Shown here in pieces: positions 41,750-55,234 of a stretch of DNA of 64,000 nt. The notes beneath the pieces were generated by a model, which saw nothing but the letters and a program-made list of their open reading frames with translations, was not told where the DNA came from and did no database searches. This stretch comes from the human T2T-CHM13v2.0 reference genome, Homo sapiens. Location of the stretch: assembly GCF_009914755.1 (NCBI RefSeq), contig NC_060927.1, one strand, 5' to 3'. Position numbers and translations under genes: made by a program. Each line of letters opens with the position of its first letter. Position 1 is the stretch's first letter.

Positions 41750-42038
41750 TTTTTTTAATTTTTTTTATTTTAATTTTTCTTGTAAGAGACAGGGTCTTGC
41801 TCTGTTGCCCAGGCTGGAGTGCGGTGGTGCGATCACAGCTGATTGCAGCCTTGAACTCCTGGGCTCATGTGATCCCCAGCCGAGTAGCTGGGACTGCAGG
41901 CACACGCCACACACCCGGCTAATTAAAGATAAGGTCTCACTATATTCCTCAGGCTGGTGGTCTTGAACTCCTGGGCTCAAGTGATCCTCCTGAGTTGCTG
42001 GGATTACAGGTGACCATGTCTGGGCCACCATGCCAGGC
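41750..42038 (-). mobile_element. Degraded AluJ
   Basis: GAGACAGGGTCTTGCTCTGTTGCCCAGGC, CTCCTGGGCTCAAG; flanking repeat TTGGAAATGT.TATATG. Confidence 0.82.
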
Positions 42039-44566
42039 TTGGAAATGTTTATATGTATAAAGATTATAAAAAATGAATACCATTTATGCTTATGTAATAG
42101 ATCTTGTGAATTTATGGTTAACAGTGTTAGGCCTATTATCTTATATTGGTGACTGTGACCAGGTACAGCAAGGTTATGTTCTATTAGCAGTTAAGACTAA
42201 CTTTTTTACTTCTGTGACTTGCAGTTCATCCAGCTCCTCACAGTATGCCTCAGCTTGCAACCTATATGACTTGCTAATATAACTACACTACATATTATTC
42301 CATATTATTTATTGGTGCTGTAATATGAATAATATCTTCTCCAAATTTGACCATTTTGTTTGACCTTGACTAAGTGATTGATTTCATTTATAAACATGTC
42401 CTTTTAGTCTAAGATTAAAGAGCTGTTAAGAGCTTTATTCAGTATCTTACGTCCTTTTATTTTTAATTTTAAAAAACGTTTCAACTCTTTTTAGTTAGCT
42501 GTTGCTGATAGTAATAAGTCATTGATTTTTTTCCCCCACTCCTTTTTATGGTGTTATATAACCTAGGTAATATATTAACAAATTTCTTATTTGAAACTGG
42601 CAAAAGATCTCACCATGTACCTCCTAATTTCTAAAGGAAGCCTGCCTCTCAGATGTAGTTGTCAGTTATTTTACCTTCTTTATTTGTTGAGGGATAGAAG
42701 ACCTGTGGTTAGCTTCTACAACTATTAGGTTATTGAATTGCTGAATACATTGAATTACTGAATTACGGAATTAGGCCTAATCTTTCAGATTTGTGCCTGC
42801 TCTTCCCTGAGAAAGAAGAATGTGGCAAATCCCCCGATGTTGAAAACCTTTCTTCACATTTGAGATACCTTTATTATAGATGAAGATAACATCATTAATT
42901 ATGATTATTTGCTACATAATTAATTCTTTTACTATTTTGCCACTGTAGATATGCCCCAAGTTCATGAGACCAGATAAACAATGCTGTTATTTGAAGGACC
43001 TTATTGATTTTTGAATTTTGTGTCCATTCATTTTCTCTTGTTTGCTGTCATTGTAGAAGTTTCTTCTTGTGATTGTTATATATATAATACAGGAGTACAT
43101 TCTTGATATTAAGTTTCGTTCAGCCCACAGTGTGGACCCCTGTCCCACTCCCCTGCCCAGACAGGAGGTATTGGCGTAAGAGCCCTCTCTGTGGAGGCTG
43201 ATAGCTTGAGTTGGACTCAGATTTGACCTAGTAGCTTTGAGACATTTGACAGTTATTTAACCTTTAGACTTTAGTTTGCTCAACTGTAAAATGATAGGAT
43301 TGTCATTAAAACATGAGAACAGGGCATACTGTATAACAAACATATATACCAGCAGTAATCACTGTTAATTTTGGTCCATATTTGGTTCACTTTCAAGAGT
43401 TATGTTGTGGCAAGAGGTCCATTACTTGCCTAGGGAAAAAATACGTTTCAAATATCTTTTGGAAATATAAGTATGGAAACTTTCATAAACATATATGAAC
43501 ACTTAACTATAAAGGTTGGAGGACATAAATGAAATTGCTCTATGCATAATATTCTACAGGATTTTTTTTCTTTTACTGCTTAATATTGTTCATCATTTTT
43601 TTCTTGTTTATTTTTTTCTGGTCATGGTGCTCCACTCTTTTATTACTTCTAATAAAGTTTTCCAGTTAATTATCTGGGTGGGTGGGGGTGGGGCATAATC
43701 CTTTTATGCAAACTGTAGTGACACATTGCCATATCCTTTCAGATATTTATTCCTGTCTCTTCTCATTGGTTAACACTTTCAAAATGATGCTAAGTGATAG
43801 TGTTGAGGCCAGCAGCCTGAACTTATTAAATGAGGAATGGGAATGCTTCTAGTGTGTCACACTTGGTCAACTGCGGAATTAAGTCAGTTACTTATATTAA
43901 TTAAGTGCATCTGTAAACTTTCTCCCCATCTACCTTGTTTATTCCTTTGGTTTAATGTAACACAGTGTATTACTTTTACTCTTTGATTTAAAAACAGTCG
44001 AACCTACTCTACACCAGGCACCGTGGAAGGTGCTGAAAATAAAACCGTGAAAATGACAGTAAGTCTAGCATGTGTTAGAGGCAGAATAAAGGGGATTGTG
44101 CTCTAGGTGATATCATATGAGCATCTGGAAACAGAATAAAGTCTTTGGTAATTCACTCCTGTGGTTTTATTTTCTGTGTATCAATTAGATTAGAAGTCCA
44201 GCTTGTCCCTAGAGAGGCAGAAGTCAGGGCTGGAACAGAGGGTGGCAATGGCTGGCCGGAGTGGTGCTGGGCAGCAGGGATCCTGGGCCTTGTGAGCCAC
44301 TCAGGAGACTTACATGTAACGGTGATCCTCCTTTTATAAGTAATCTTGATTTACCCGTGATGTGAGCAGCAGCATGGTATAGCAGAATGTATGGGGGCTT
44401 TGGAATTAGGACAGCCTAGTGCTGTTTTCTAGTTCTGTGCCCATGACCATCTTAACTTCTTTGAACCTCAGTTTTCTTATCTTTGAAATGGGAATAGCAA
44501 TACCTGCTTTCAAGTTTATTAAGATTAGAGATGATGTGTGTAAAATTTCCAGTACTTGCTCAATAA

Positions 44567-44842
44567 TTTTTGTTTTTGAGACAGGGTCTCACTGTCGCCT
44601 ACAATCATATCTCACTGTAGACTTGAACTTCTAGGCTCAAGCTCTCTTCCCATCTCAGCCTCCTGAGTAGCTGGGACTACAGATGTACACTACCATGCCT
44701 GGCTTTTTTTTTTTTATTATTTATTTTAAATGGGGTGTCACTACATTGCCCAGGCTGATCTTGAACTCCTGGCCTCAAGCCATTGTTCCTGCTCGGCTTC
44801 CCAAAGTGTTGGGATTACAGGCATAAGCCACTGCACCTGGCC
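44567..44842 (-). mobile_element. AluJ inside a MIR
   Basis: GAGACAGGGTCTCAC...CCAAAGTGTTGGGATTACAGG; MIR core CCTCAGTTTTCTTATCTTTGAAATGGGAAT just upstream. Confidence 0.82.
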
Positions 44843-45114
44843 AATAAATATTTTTTAATTACTGCTAACTACCTGTAGTTGGAAATTTAAAACTGTTAAT
44901 ACTATTATTGCCATGATTATGTGTTTTAATTTATGCCAGGGCTGGGCCTATAGTTTGTTATTTTTTCTTTGACCTTAACTTTATATGCCAGGGTTCAATT
45001 ATTCCCTCCCCTCAAGCCTACCTCTTGTTCTTATGTATCTCATTCACCTGTTATTTAAAGCTAGGGAGGCATGCTTACATTGTTCAACTTCTTACTATTC
45101 GTTAGAAAGTGCCA

Positions 45115-45233
45115 CAAGAATGGCTTGAACCTGGAAGGTGGAGGTTGCAGTGAGCTGAGGTTGTGCCACTACACTCCAGCCTGGGCAACAGAATGAGACT
45201 TGGTCTCAAAAAAAAAAAAAAAAAAAAAAAAAA
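45115..45233 (+). mobile_element. 5'-truncated Alu (distal right arm only) with poly(A)
   Basis: GAATGGCTTGAACCTGGAAGGTGGAGGTTGCAGTGAGC followed by an A tail; perfect TSD AGAAAGTGCCA at 45104-45114 and 45234-45244. Confidence 0.88.
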
Positions 45234-46094
45234 AGAAAGTGCCAATATGAAAAGCTGCCTGTTTCTGCCCCATGAAGACCTGAACCCTCCTTTGTAGTGT
45301 TTGGAATGAAGTACTTCCTTTTGGTTATTCTCAGTGGTGCACCTCCAGGGTGGTACCTGAGCCTTCCTAGTGTATATTTAAAGCCAAAAGCTGGAAATCT
45401 AATAGCCACAAAGCTGTGTTGTGAAATGTGCATGTTACATAGGAGTAAATATTCCAGCTCAAAAGGGAGCAGAATACTCTGAGGCTGTGTAAGCATTGAG
45501 GAGGGTGGAGTCAGGAGAAGCCAGAGGTGCTGGGGGCTCACACAAAAGGCCATTGTGTATTGTGTACGCTGGAGGGAAGGACAGAGTTACCTACCCAGGT
45601 TCTTTTGACACACAGGTTTTGCTTTACCTGTTTGGTTCATTTCCACGAGTTATGTTGTGGGAAGAGCTCCATTACTTAGCTGAGTGACCTTGGACAAGTT
45701 ATTTGCTATCTCTATGCCTTGCAGTTTCCTTATTTGTAAACTGGGGATAATATAACCAGCTTATAGGTTGTAAAGATTGAGAGAAAGAATTCCTGAAACA
45801 CATTTATTGCAATGTCTGACTGTAAATTGGGTAGGCACTCAGTACATGTTAATTATCTTTATTACTACTACCTGTAAATTTGGTAATCTATCATCATTAT
45901 TGATTTTCAGTGTGATTAAACCCATAACTTAATCTGCAAGTTATTTTATATTAAATTTTCATTAGAAGCAACTGAAAAGATTTACATGTAACATTAAGAC
46001 TTTCAATTTTTTATTTTTATTGTGTCTGCTATCAGTCCTATGACTTTAGTCCATGACTAGAATAAGCAATAAATACTGTAGAAAACCTATTCTA

Positions 46095-46403
<309 letters not shown>

Positions 46404-48469
46404 TTAATCATAAGAGAAACATATACTTTATTTGGTCAGGGCTGGTCTAGACCTTTGGCATCTGAAATGTTTTACAGGACATTGCAGCTAATGAGTACCT
46501 GATGGAGTGAATTTTGTTTTTCTTATGTCCAAAGAATTGCCTGAAATTTTCACTGCCTCTCACAGCTCCAAATGCAGACTATAACAATAAAGCTGAGAGG
46601 ATGGGGTACTGTAATTACCCCAAGAAGGGGAAGGAGCAGTAGGGGTACTGCTCCTGGAAGAAGGAAAGCATGGTGAGAGACACTGTCTGAGGGCTGAGAA
46701 CGACCCCTCTTGGATAGGACTTGGGATTTACTGCTGGTCATGCACCATTGACCTTCCTTTTCCTGTGTTCCTTTGGAAGCCTCTGCCATCTGCCCTTATC
46801 TGTATGTCTTTAATCAGACATTGAAATCTGGCCCATTAGCCTGCAGAAAAAATGGAAATAAAAACAAACCAAAAATTTTCATAGTTCCATTGCTGAAGAC
46901 ATTCAATCTGAGAAGTTAGTATAAGTCATTGTAAAACTTCTTTGATAGTATCATTTCTTTTAAAGTAGGCGCAGAAGCTGTCTATTCCTTTATTCCCACC
47001 ACTCTAAATATCCTAAGGAAAGGATGGCATCACTTGGCAGGTTTTATGATATTTAAGAAATAGTGGACATTGCATTCTTGGTATCTAGCTAGTATTGGAA
47101 AATATTTATTGGTTAAATATAAGATTTTGAAATGCATAACTTTTTATAGGCATAATTGATAAAAGGACAAGAAAATTTTTGTGCTGAAATTTTCTATTTT
47201 TTAAAAGCTCAGTCTTTTCAGCAGCATTTTCCTCAAGGTTTTAATTTCTGGGTTTCTTAATTCACTTAATTTCTAAAAATCAGAAATTGGGACTACAACT
47301 GCAGCAGGTAGTCCACAGGAATTTCTTCAGGTTGAGATCTCAGATGTCAGTAAGTTGGGACAGATGTATGCTCCCCTCCCAGGAGATACCGAAGGGGTGG
47401 AAGGCTAGACTTACTTATTCCTCCACTCTAGAAATGTCTTGTTACTTTATGATTACTTGTCTTTTAGACGTTTCTCTCTAGAAGGTGAGCATTTTGAGGA
47501 TAGGGACAAGATCTTTAAAATTTTTGTTTCCCCATGCCTACCGTATTATGGGCACTTAAAAAGAAAGCACATTAATGGGTACTTTTGGAAGTGAATTGAC
47601 TTCCTCTTGGAACCTGTTTTCTATTTCTAGCACATTCTGCCTCCCAAACCCCAGTGGTGACATCTGGATGTGTTCAAAAGAACTCTTTTCTTTATGTGTG
47701 CTTTTCTATGCATCTCTAGGTGAAGACGTGTCAGTTACTTAAATTGGGTGAGTCAAATCATTGAGAGACAAGTGTACCTTTCCATATTCATTGGATTTTT
47801 ATGAATCTATTTTAGGAAATTATCAAGGACCCAACTCTTCTGCACAGACTTGGAATTCCAGTGGACATTTTGTAAATTTAATTTCCTTCAGTGCACGGTA
47901 TACACATAGATACAATGTTTGCTTTATTTCACTACATTGTTTAACATGTAAGCAACTACCCTATTCTTCTTCCAAAGAATCGACCAGTTTCTCTAGTAAA
48001 TTGTTTTCTTTGCAAGTCATTTTTATGATTAGTAAAAAAATTCTTTCCTAAATGATTTTAAATTCTTAAGTGATTTTACTTTTAAAAGATTAAAAAAAAA
48101 ACACTTCTGTTTTCTCGGTGGTTAAGTTTGCTGGCAATCTTTTTTTAAAGCCATTTGGAGATTTGTCAAAATCCTAGGCTTATTTCATATTTGGAATCAG
48201 CATCTAAGGTTATTATGTTATAGATATTTTTTAAATATGTATTTTATCTCTTTGGTATTAAAAATAATATATGTTCGTTTAAAATTTGGAATATATGCAA
48301 AAGTTTAAGTAAAATGAAAGTCACATTGGTGGGTATTTTATCTCAAGCATGTTTAGAAATGTAAAAGTGAAATCTATTCTTTTAAAAATAAAAATTGGTA
48401 GTTGTAATTTCAGCTCATCATTAGTGCTTTTATATAAATGTAGAAATCATTGCCATGTCTTTCCTTCCA

Positions 48470-48626
48470 TTTTTTTTTTTTTAAGACACAGGGTCTGGCT
48501 CTGTTGCCTAGGCTAGCCTCGAACTTCTGGGCTCAAGTAATCCTCCTGAGCTCAAGTAATCCTCCTGCCTTAGCTTCCCCAGTAGCTGGGGCTACAGGTG
48601 CATGCCACTGTACTTAGCTCATTGTC

Positions 48627-48657
<31 letters not shown>

Positions 48658-48932
48658 GGAGTCTCACTCTGCTGCCCAGGCTGGAGTGCAGAGGCATCAT
48701 CTTGGCTCACTGCAGCCTCGGCTTCCTGGGTTCAAATGATTCTCCTGCCTCAGCTTCCTGAGTAGCTGGGACTACAGGCATGCGCCACCATACCTGGCTA
48801 ATTTTTGTATTTTTAGTAGAGATGGTGTTTCACTATGTTGGTCAGGTTGGTCTTGAACTCCTAACCTCAGGTGATCTGCCTCCTTTGCCTCCTGAAGTGT
48901 GGGATTATAGGCGTGAACCACCATGCCCAGTC
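48470..48932 (-). mobile_element. Alu monomer/AluJ fragment (48470-48619, internal GCTCAAGTAATCCTCCTG duplication) followed by AluSx (48626-48932)
   Basis: Two T tails and two Alu bodies, read directly. Confidence 0.85.
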
Positions 48933-51900
48933 TGTCATTTGTAATAACCATTTCTGGCAGTCTTAAAGGAATAATTTTGCTTATTTTATGTAGCATTGTG
49001 ACCTTGCAATAATAACTCAGTGGAATAAAGACATGAAAATGTAAAAAGAACATTTTAATTTAGCTAAATTATTTTTTTTAATGAGGTAAGTTAAAGTTGC
49101 TTGAGATGACAAGACACCTAAAGGAGTGAAGATTATATGAATTAGGAGAGAAAAAATGTCTCTGCTTATTTTCTTTGCATCTCCAGGAGCATTATTTAGA
49201 GATTAGAGCAAGCTGATTGAAAATTATTGTGAATGCTCTAGATGTTATAACAGTGCTTCCTTATTTTACTTTTTAAAATTCGTTCAGACTGCTGTTGGAT
49301 GTATGCCATAAGATAAACCCAGTATTTGCCCTAAATTAGAATGAGTTTTTTTTTTTGTCATTCATAGGATTTCTGTAAGTGGGCCTGCTGAGTGGCTTTA
49401 TTCATGATGTTCCCACCTAAAATCCTTGTTTACTAGTGAGAGAATGCAGACAGTAAAATTATAAATAAGTGAAGAAAACATTTTCAGATAGCAGCATTCA
49501 CTGCTAAGCAAATGAAATAGCATGACGTTTGCAAGGGTGGCCAGGGAGCCTCTGGTCAGCCTGAATCCTCCAGATTTTAGGGCAGATAAGGGGCTGCTCT
49601 GTGAAACTCGGGGGTAAGGAACGCACTGGAGGGAAGGGGCTGCCAACACTGAGGCCCGAGGTGGAGGTGGGCTTAGCATGTCTGAGGGGCTCAAACTGCA
49701 GTGTAGGTAGAATGTGGCTGGGGAGAGAGAAGGACTCTCAGCTTTCTGGCCTGAATGGTGATGCCATTTTCTAAGAGAAAGTTCACAGGACAAGAAATGT
49801 ATTTGAGGGGTAAGATGAGCTTAGTTTGGGATCAGGTGATTGTGGTCAGCAGGTGGAGGTGCCCAGGGAGCGGATGGGTTTTAGTAGCTTAGGGGTGAGT
49901 TTGGGGCTGGAGGCATGGGTTTAGCTTGCCTCTCATTACAGTTGGGATAACTACTTCCAGGTTTCTGTAAGGGTAAAATGAGATCATATGTATAAATAGG
50001 GCAGAACACAGTGCCTAGCACATAGTTGTGTAAGTGGATGTTATACCCCAAGGCTTCAGGAGAGCATATGATTTCCACTATGTTTAGATAGGTCTTTTCT
50101 GTCCTTTACATTTTTTTTCTATTTATCAGAAATCTGATATTTTTCCTCCAAGGCCCAATTTACATTTTTTTTCCCCAAAACAAACAGTGTTTTTCTTTTG
50201 CATGATAAAAGCAGAAAATAAAAATCTCCTGTAGTCCTCTCTCTGGATAAAACCCTAGTTAACAGTGTGACTATATGAAGGTTCAAGACCATGCCTCTCG
50301 TAAAACCTTCCCTGGATTGTCCCTGTGGATGTGCAGTGTATAGAGCCTCTTATTCTGCTCTGTGTTTGCTGTTTCCTTCTTATCTCTTGAGTGTAAGCTT
50401 CTTAAGCAAGAAAATGTGCCTTCCTATCCCTAGCAGCACTGAACGCTCATGCACATTATGGGTGCCCAGATGAGATTTGTCTTTCTCCTGCCTTTTCAGA
50501 ATCGTGTGTGCTGTGTGTACACCGTGCTTGGTTTGCTGATCTTCAGAGTGTCGTGTGTGATGAGTTTGTGTTTGTTTTCTCAGAGATGATGTGGGCACAC
50601 TAGCTGTTGTTTTGGTTTATAAAAGGGATGTGGTAATGTGATTTGTTTTGACTTCTCTTTTGTTGTAGTTTATTCAGTAGATCTGAAGAAATCTGTTCTC
50701 CCACGTAGGTGTTGAGACATTACTGATCACATACAGTTCTTCTATATGTCTCCCTAATTTCACATAGATATTAAATCTCACATAAAATCTTCAGTGGGAA
50801 AAGAAGTTTTTAAATTTTAAAATCACCTGTTTCTTGTAGCACATTTTAGTGTAATCCTGAAGATGCAGGAGAAAAAAAAATCTGTGTAAATGTGGATATG
50901 AAGCATATTACTGCTTAGATTAATAAAAACTGAAAGCAGTATTTTTAGGGTAACTCTTTTTGTTATCTTTAATATTCTAAACCTATAAGCATGTGGTCCT
51001 TCACTGGATTGACTTTTATATTTTTATGTTCATATAGGTTAGAGTGAATCTGGGCAGAAAGTCCTCCCAGTTTACTTTCTGTTTTAAATGTTATGTTCAA
51101 ACATTTCTTTCAATTGAGTTACTTCTCTTGTTTTAAATTAGGAAAACAGAGCTCCCTTTGAGGTATCTGCCTCAGGTAACTCATTTCTTTGGTTTGAGTA
51201 ACCATGTGTTTAAATGACAAAATTTAGGGTATGATGAATAAAAATCTTGGAATAAACTGATTTTCATGATCTGAATTGTTTGCTAGCATCTACAGCTGAT
51301 CAGGGATACTTATTCTGGGATTCTTGGATGGCTTTTCAGACTGCACAGACATTCCGAAATGTGCTAAGTTCATGCATGTATGTATGTATGTTCTTCCATG
51401 GCGTGTGCTCATAGCCATATCGTAATCTTAATTGAGTTTATGGATTCTACAGTATTAACTTCCTTCATAGCCTGTAGTGCTAATGCTGCGATTATCTAGT
51501 TTTTCTGGCATCATGTTTATCCCCATGGGGACATATTAAAAACTTGTAGTTGATGTCCTATTGGTTGGCGTGGACCCTCTAAAAGGAAAGGACAGATCAC
51601 ACGGAAGTACCATCTCCCCGCTCACCACTCGCTGCACCCCTATCCGCGACTCATGTCATTTGGGTCCCCAACATCCTCTCATCCTCAGTCGCTGGTGCCT
51701 ATTTCTAGGCCATGACAACTGTGGCTGACAGTTCTGGTCACCATGCTGAGCCCTACCTAGACCCGGCTGCTGTCCTTGGTTGACTGTGTCTGCCCTTAAT
51801 TGTTGGTTCGTTTTGGTGCTGGGCTGTCATTTTTCGTGTTTGTTATTTCCATTGGGACGGGTGTTTTACCAGCGTTCCAGCCTCCCCTCTGGTTTGTTCC

Positions 51901-52379
51901 TTCTAATTTTGTATTGGAGTGGGTCACTGGATAACCTGGCTTGTCAGAATTATTTATTGTATGAGGCATTGAGTGAGTGGGGGGCCTGAGGGTGCCAACA
52001 GTAGAGTGATGTACTTTGACTTTGTGACAGCTGTTCTTGACAGTCAGTGGTTGTTTTTTTCCCTTACTATTTGGTTTTGAAATTTGAGTTCTAGAGGGTA
52101 GCTGGGGCTAGGTTATGTCCCTGTGTAAGTGAAGGCATCCACAGGGAAGCTCTAATTCTTTTGGAATTGTCACAGATTCAGCATAAGTGATTTCTTTCCT
52201 TGTATAGGTTTATTTTTTGTATTTCAATTAAAAATGTTTTGGAAGCGCTTTCTAAAGCTACTATAATAAAACATGGAAAAAAGCTTTAAAGTGTTAGATA
52301 TTCCCTTGCTTGCTTCCTGCCTCTTGCTGGGTGAATGTTTCATTTGATGTGGCTGGTACCCCTCTCTGTTGGTCATTAG

Positions 52380-52511
52380 GTTGCGCCCAACGATGAAGCT
52401 GTGGTGACGCTGTTATGTGAATGGGCCGTGAGCTGCAAACGGTCTGGCAAGCACAGGGCCATGGCTGTGGCAAAACTCCTGGAGAAGAGGCAAGCAGAAA
52501 TTGAGGCAGAG
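52380..52511 (+). CDS. MED12L: MED12L coding exon, 132 nt, phase 0-0: [44 protein letters not shown] (LCEWAV motif)
   Basis: Acceptor ggtcattag|GTT, donor GAG|gtaggt; Med12 LCEWAV signature. Confidence 0.97.
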
Positions 52512-52740
52512 GTAGGTTCCATTTTCTTTCTGCTTGTTGAATGCCGTAATGTAAAAATACTGTTTTGGGGAAGATCATTTTCTCTTACCCTCATTATGTT
52601 ATTCTTTTGCTCTTGAGGAAAAAAGGGAGGATGTAAAAATTCACATAAGGAAGATTCTTATAGTAGAATCTCTCTAAATTGATGCAGCCATTTATATTCT
52701 GGACTAATTTAAAAATGGTATCTTTTAAAATAAAACTTTA

Positions 52741-52925
52741 GGCTGGGCACAATGGCTCACACCTGTTATAATCCTAGTTTTTTGGGAGGAGAAGGCAGGA
52801 AAATCTCTTGAGCCCAGGAGTTTGAGGCTGCAGTGAGCTTATGATGGTGCCACTGTACTCTAGCCTGGTTGATAGAGTGAGACTCTGTCTCTAAAAAAGT
52901 AAATAAATAAAAGATAAAATAATAC
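52741..52925 (+). mobile_element. FRAM / free Alu right monomer
   Basis: Single monomer GGCTGGGCACAATGGCTCAC...TGAGCCCAGGAGTTTGAGGCTGCAGTGAGC with A-rich tail. Confidence 0.78.
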
Positions 52926-53289
52926 AATTTTAGCATCTGATTTAGAACAAAGAAATTTCTTTGCTATATTGAAATATGCGTACACAAAACATACACACAC
53001 ATGTGCAATATACATGTGCACATGTGTATAAGATATACCAACTTTTATGAAATTTACAACTACATATTTTAGTGGATTTGGATATACTTTCTTGAGGCAG
53101 TTATGATTATGATATTATAAATACCAATTTGTATTGCTTTTGAGATTATATTCTGGCCCCAGAGAGAGCAATTAAAGCCTTGGAAGTAAATTATAAGGGA
53201 AAAAGCAAAACTAAGTTCATCAACATTAGCTTTTGTTGAGGGAAATTTTCTAAGCAGGCCTTCCTTTCTGCCTGTGACTGTTAGCAGGG

Positions 53290-54000
53290 ATGGCTATGGG
53301 GAATGTGTGTATATCATCTGACCAGGTCCTTGTCATCTCTCACCTGGCAACTTTGAGGCATCTTACCTCATCTCTCTGCTTCCTCTACACAGCAACTGCC
53401 GATCTTTTCGAAATGTAAATAGATCGCATTGTCTCCTTACTGATACTCTCTGTGGCTCCTGACTGTAGCCTTTGCAGCATCTCCTGAGCTACCTCACCTG
53501 CCTTTTCCACCTCATCTTGTGCCCTTCTCCCCAGGGTCACAGCTCCATTCACCTTGGTACTTCTACTCCTTCAATACACAAAACACACTGTCACCTTGAG
53601 GCCTCTGCTCTTGTTGTTCCTTCTAGGTTGCAGACTGTTCCCCAGTCTTTGCATGGCCAGCCTCTTCCTGGCATTCCCATCTCAAGAAGTGTACCTTCCT
53701 TTCCAGCATTCCTAGCTCAACATGTGGCACCTGGGGAAGGTCTTCCATCACCACGTGATCAAAGTTAACAGCGTTCTACCCCTCAAGCACTCTTTCTCAC
53801 GTCACTGTTTTTACTTTCCTTGTTGCAGTGCACATTTATCTAGTTAATCTGCTTATTGTTTAATACCTACCTTCCCCCTCTAGAAGGTGAGCTGGACAGC
53901 AGAAAGCTCACTCATCTTGTTCAGTGTTGTGTCCTTGGCACAGAATAGTGCTCACTGCATAGTAGATGCTCAGGAGGTATTTGTTGCATGACTGGATGAG
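53290..54000 (-). mobile_element. L2 LINE remnant
   Basis: Pyrimidine-rich L2-like text ending TAGAAGGTGAGCT...TCTTGTTCAGTG...GGCACAG...TAGTAGATGCTCAG...ATTTGTTG.ATGA, typical of an L2 3' end. Orientation and limits approximate. Confidence 0.55.
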
Positions 54001-55148
54001 CCTTAGCTGGCTCTCTGTGTTGCTGATATTACACCTCCTTCTTGTGAAGCTAGTAAAAATGAAATAGGAAGAACATTTTATAGACATTTTTCTCTTCCTG
54101 TTAGGAAAGTTGTATTCACCAAAAACGAAAGATCATATTGTTGAAACTGGGGCTTGAAGATATTAATGTTAAGGTGTAAGCTAAATGACCTATTGAACAG
54201 TGTGCAAATTAGGAAAAGCCTTTCATTGCTTTTCTTCCATACATTGTGAATAGTTGGACTATTCTGTGGTGAATTGCAGTCCATAAACTTCAGCAGCTAA
54301 AATGAAATTTCCCAAATATTTCATTGCTCCTTCTGTATTGCATATGTGTTTTTTTACACTGCTTTTCTCCTGCCTCTATTCCAGACATACAAACATACAC
54401 ATTCCACTTTTAGAAGAGGTTCATATATAGATTACCTTGTAATTTTAATAGCCTAAATGTATCTATATCTAAAAATGTATTCTTTCAGAGATATTTAAAA
54501 TAATTGATTTTTTGTTAAACATCACCATCTTTAAAATTTGACCTTCACAAAGAGAAAATAGATTGGAAAAATAATGATATTCTTAACATAATTAGTATCT
54601 TGATATTAAAGAGTAATGAAAATGGGAATGATCAAAGGAATATAACAAAGAATAGAAAACAAGGTTCTGGTCCTGTGTAAGTTCTGTCTTTAAGAAAATA
54701 GAAGTTAAATAACTTCCCTAGAGGTACTTCATGAACTGTGGACATTCCCAGAGGTTCTGAGAGATCTTATTGGCGGAATGTGATGAGTAAGTGAAAGAAT
54801 ATTGTTAGGGGAATTATGTTAGCCTTCTCATTTGATACCATGTTTCTCCAAAAACACAAATAAACCCTTCTGACAAAAACAGTTCAATAATATATGCCCC
54901 AATATTTTCCAGGGAGAATACAGTTAAACATGAACTATTTAAAAATGAAGACAACCTCAAATTATTTTTAGCAATTTTGCATAGGGATAATGAATAGTTT
55001 GTTGTACCATAATATATTTAGTGGGCACTCATGTAATACTGTGCAGAGTTTATAGTTCACATGAATAAATGTTTTTCAGGGGTGTTTTTGAAATCCTTTG
55101 AGTTGTTCTGGGGTAGTTTTTTCCAACTTTTAGAAATTATATTCACCT

Positions 55149-55234
55149 GTCTACGGCCATACCACCCTGAACGCGCCCGATCTCGTCTGATCTCGGAAGC
55201 TAAGCAGGGTCGGGCCTGGTTAGTACTTGGATGG
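55149..55234 (+). pseudogene. RNA5SP145: 3'-truncated, tailless 5S rRNA retropseudogene (5S nt 1-86); probably the annotated RNA5SP145 (name from recollection only)
   Basis: GTCTACGGCCATACCACCCTGAACGCGCCCGATCTCGTCTGATCTCGGAAGCTAAGCAGGGTCGGGCCTGGTTAGTACTTGGATGG equals human 5S nt 1-86 as I recall it; TSD AGAAATTATATTCACCT at 55132-55148 and 55235-55251. Confidence 0.93.

Noticed and set aside
42730-42775. Imperfect (TGAATTA)-like short repeats
   Set aside because: Short, AT-rich and degenerate; consistent with chance slippage.
55149-55234. Functional 5S rRNA gene
   Set aside because: Lacks 5S nt 87-121 and the 5S rDNA repeat flanks; bounded by a TSD, so it is a retrocopy.
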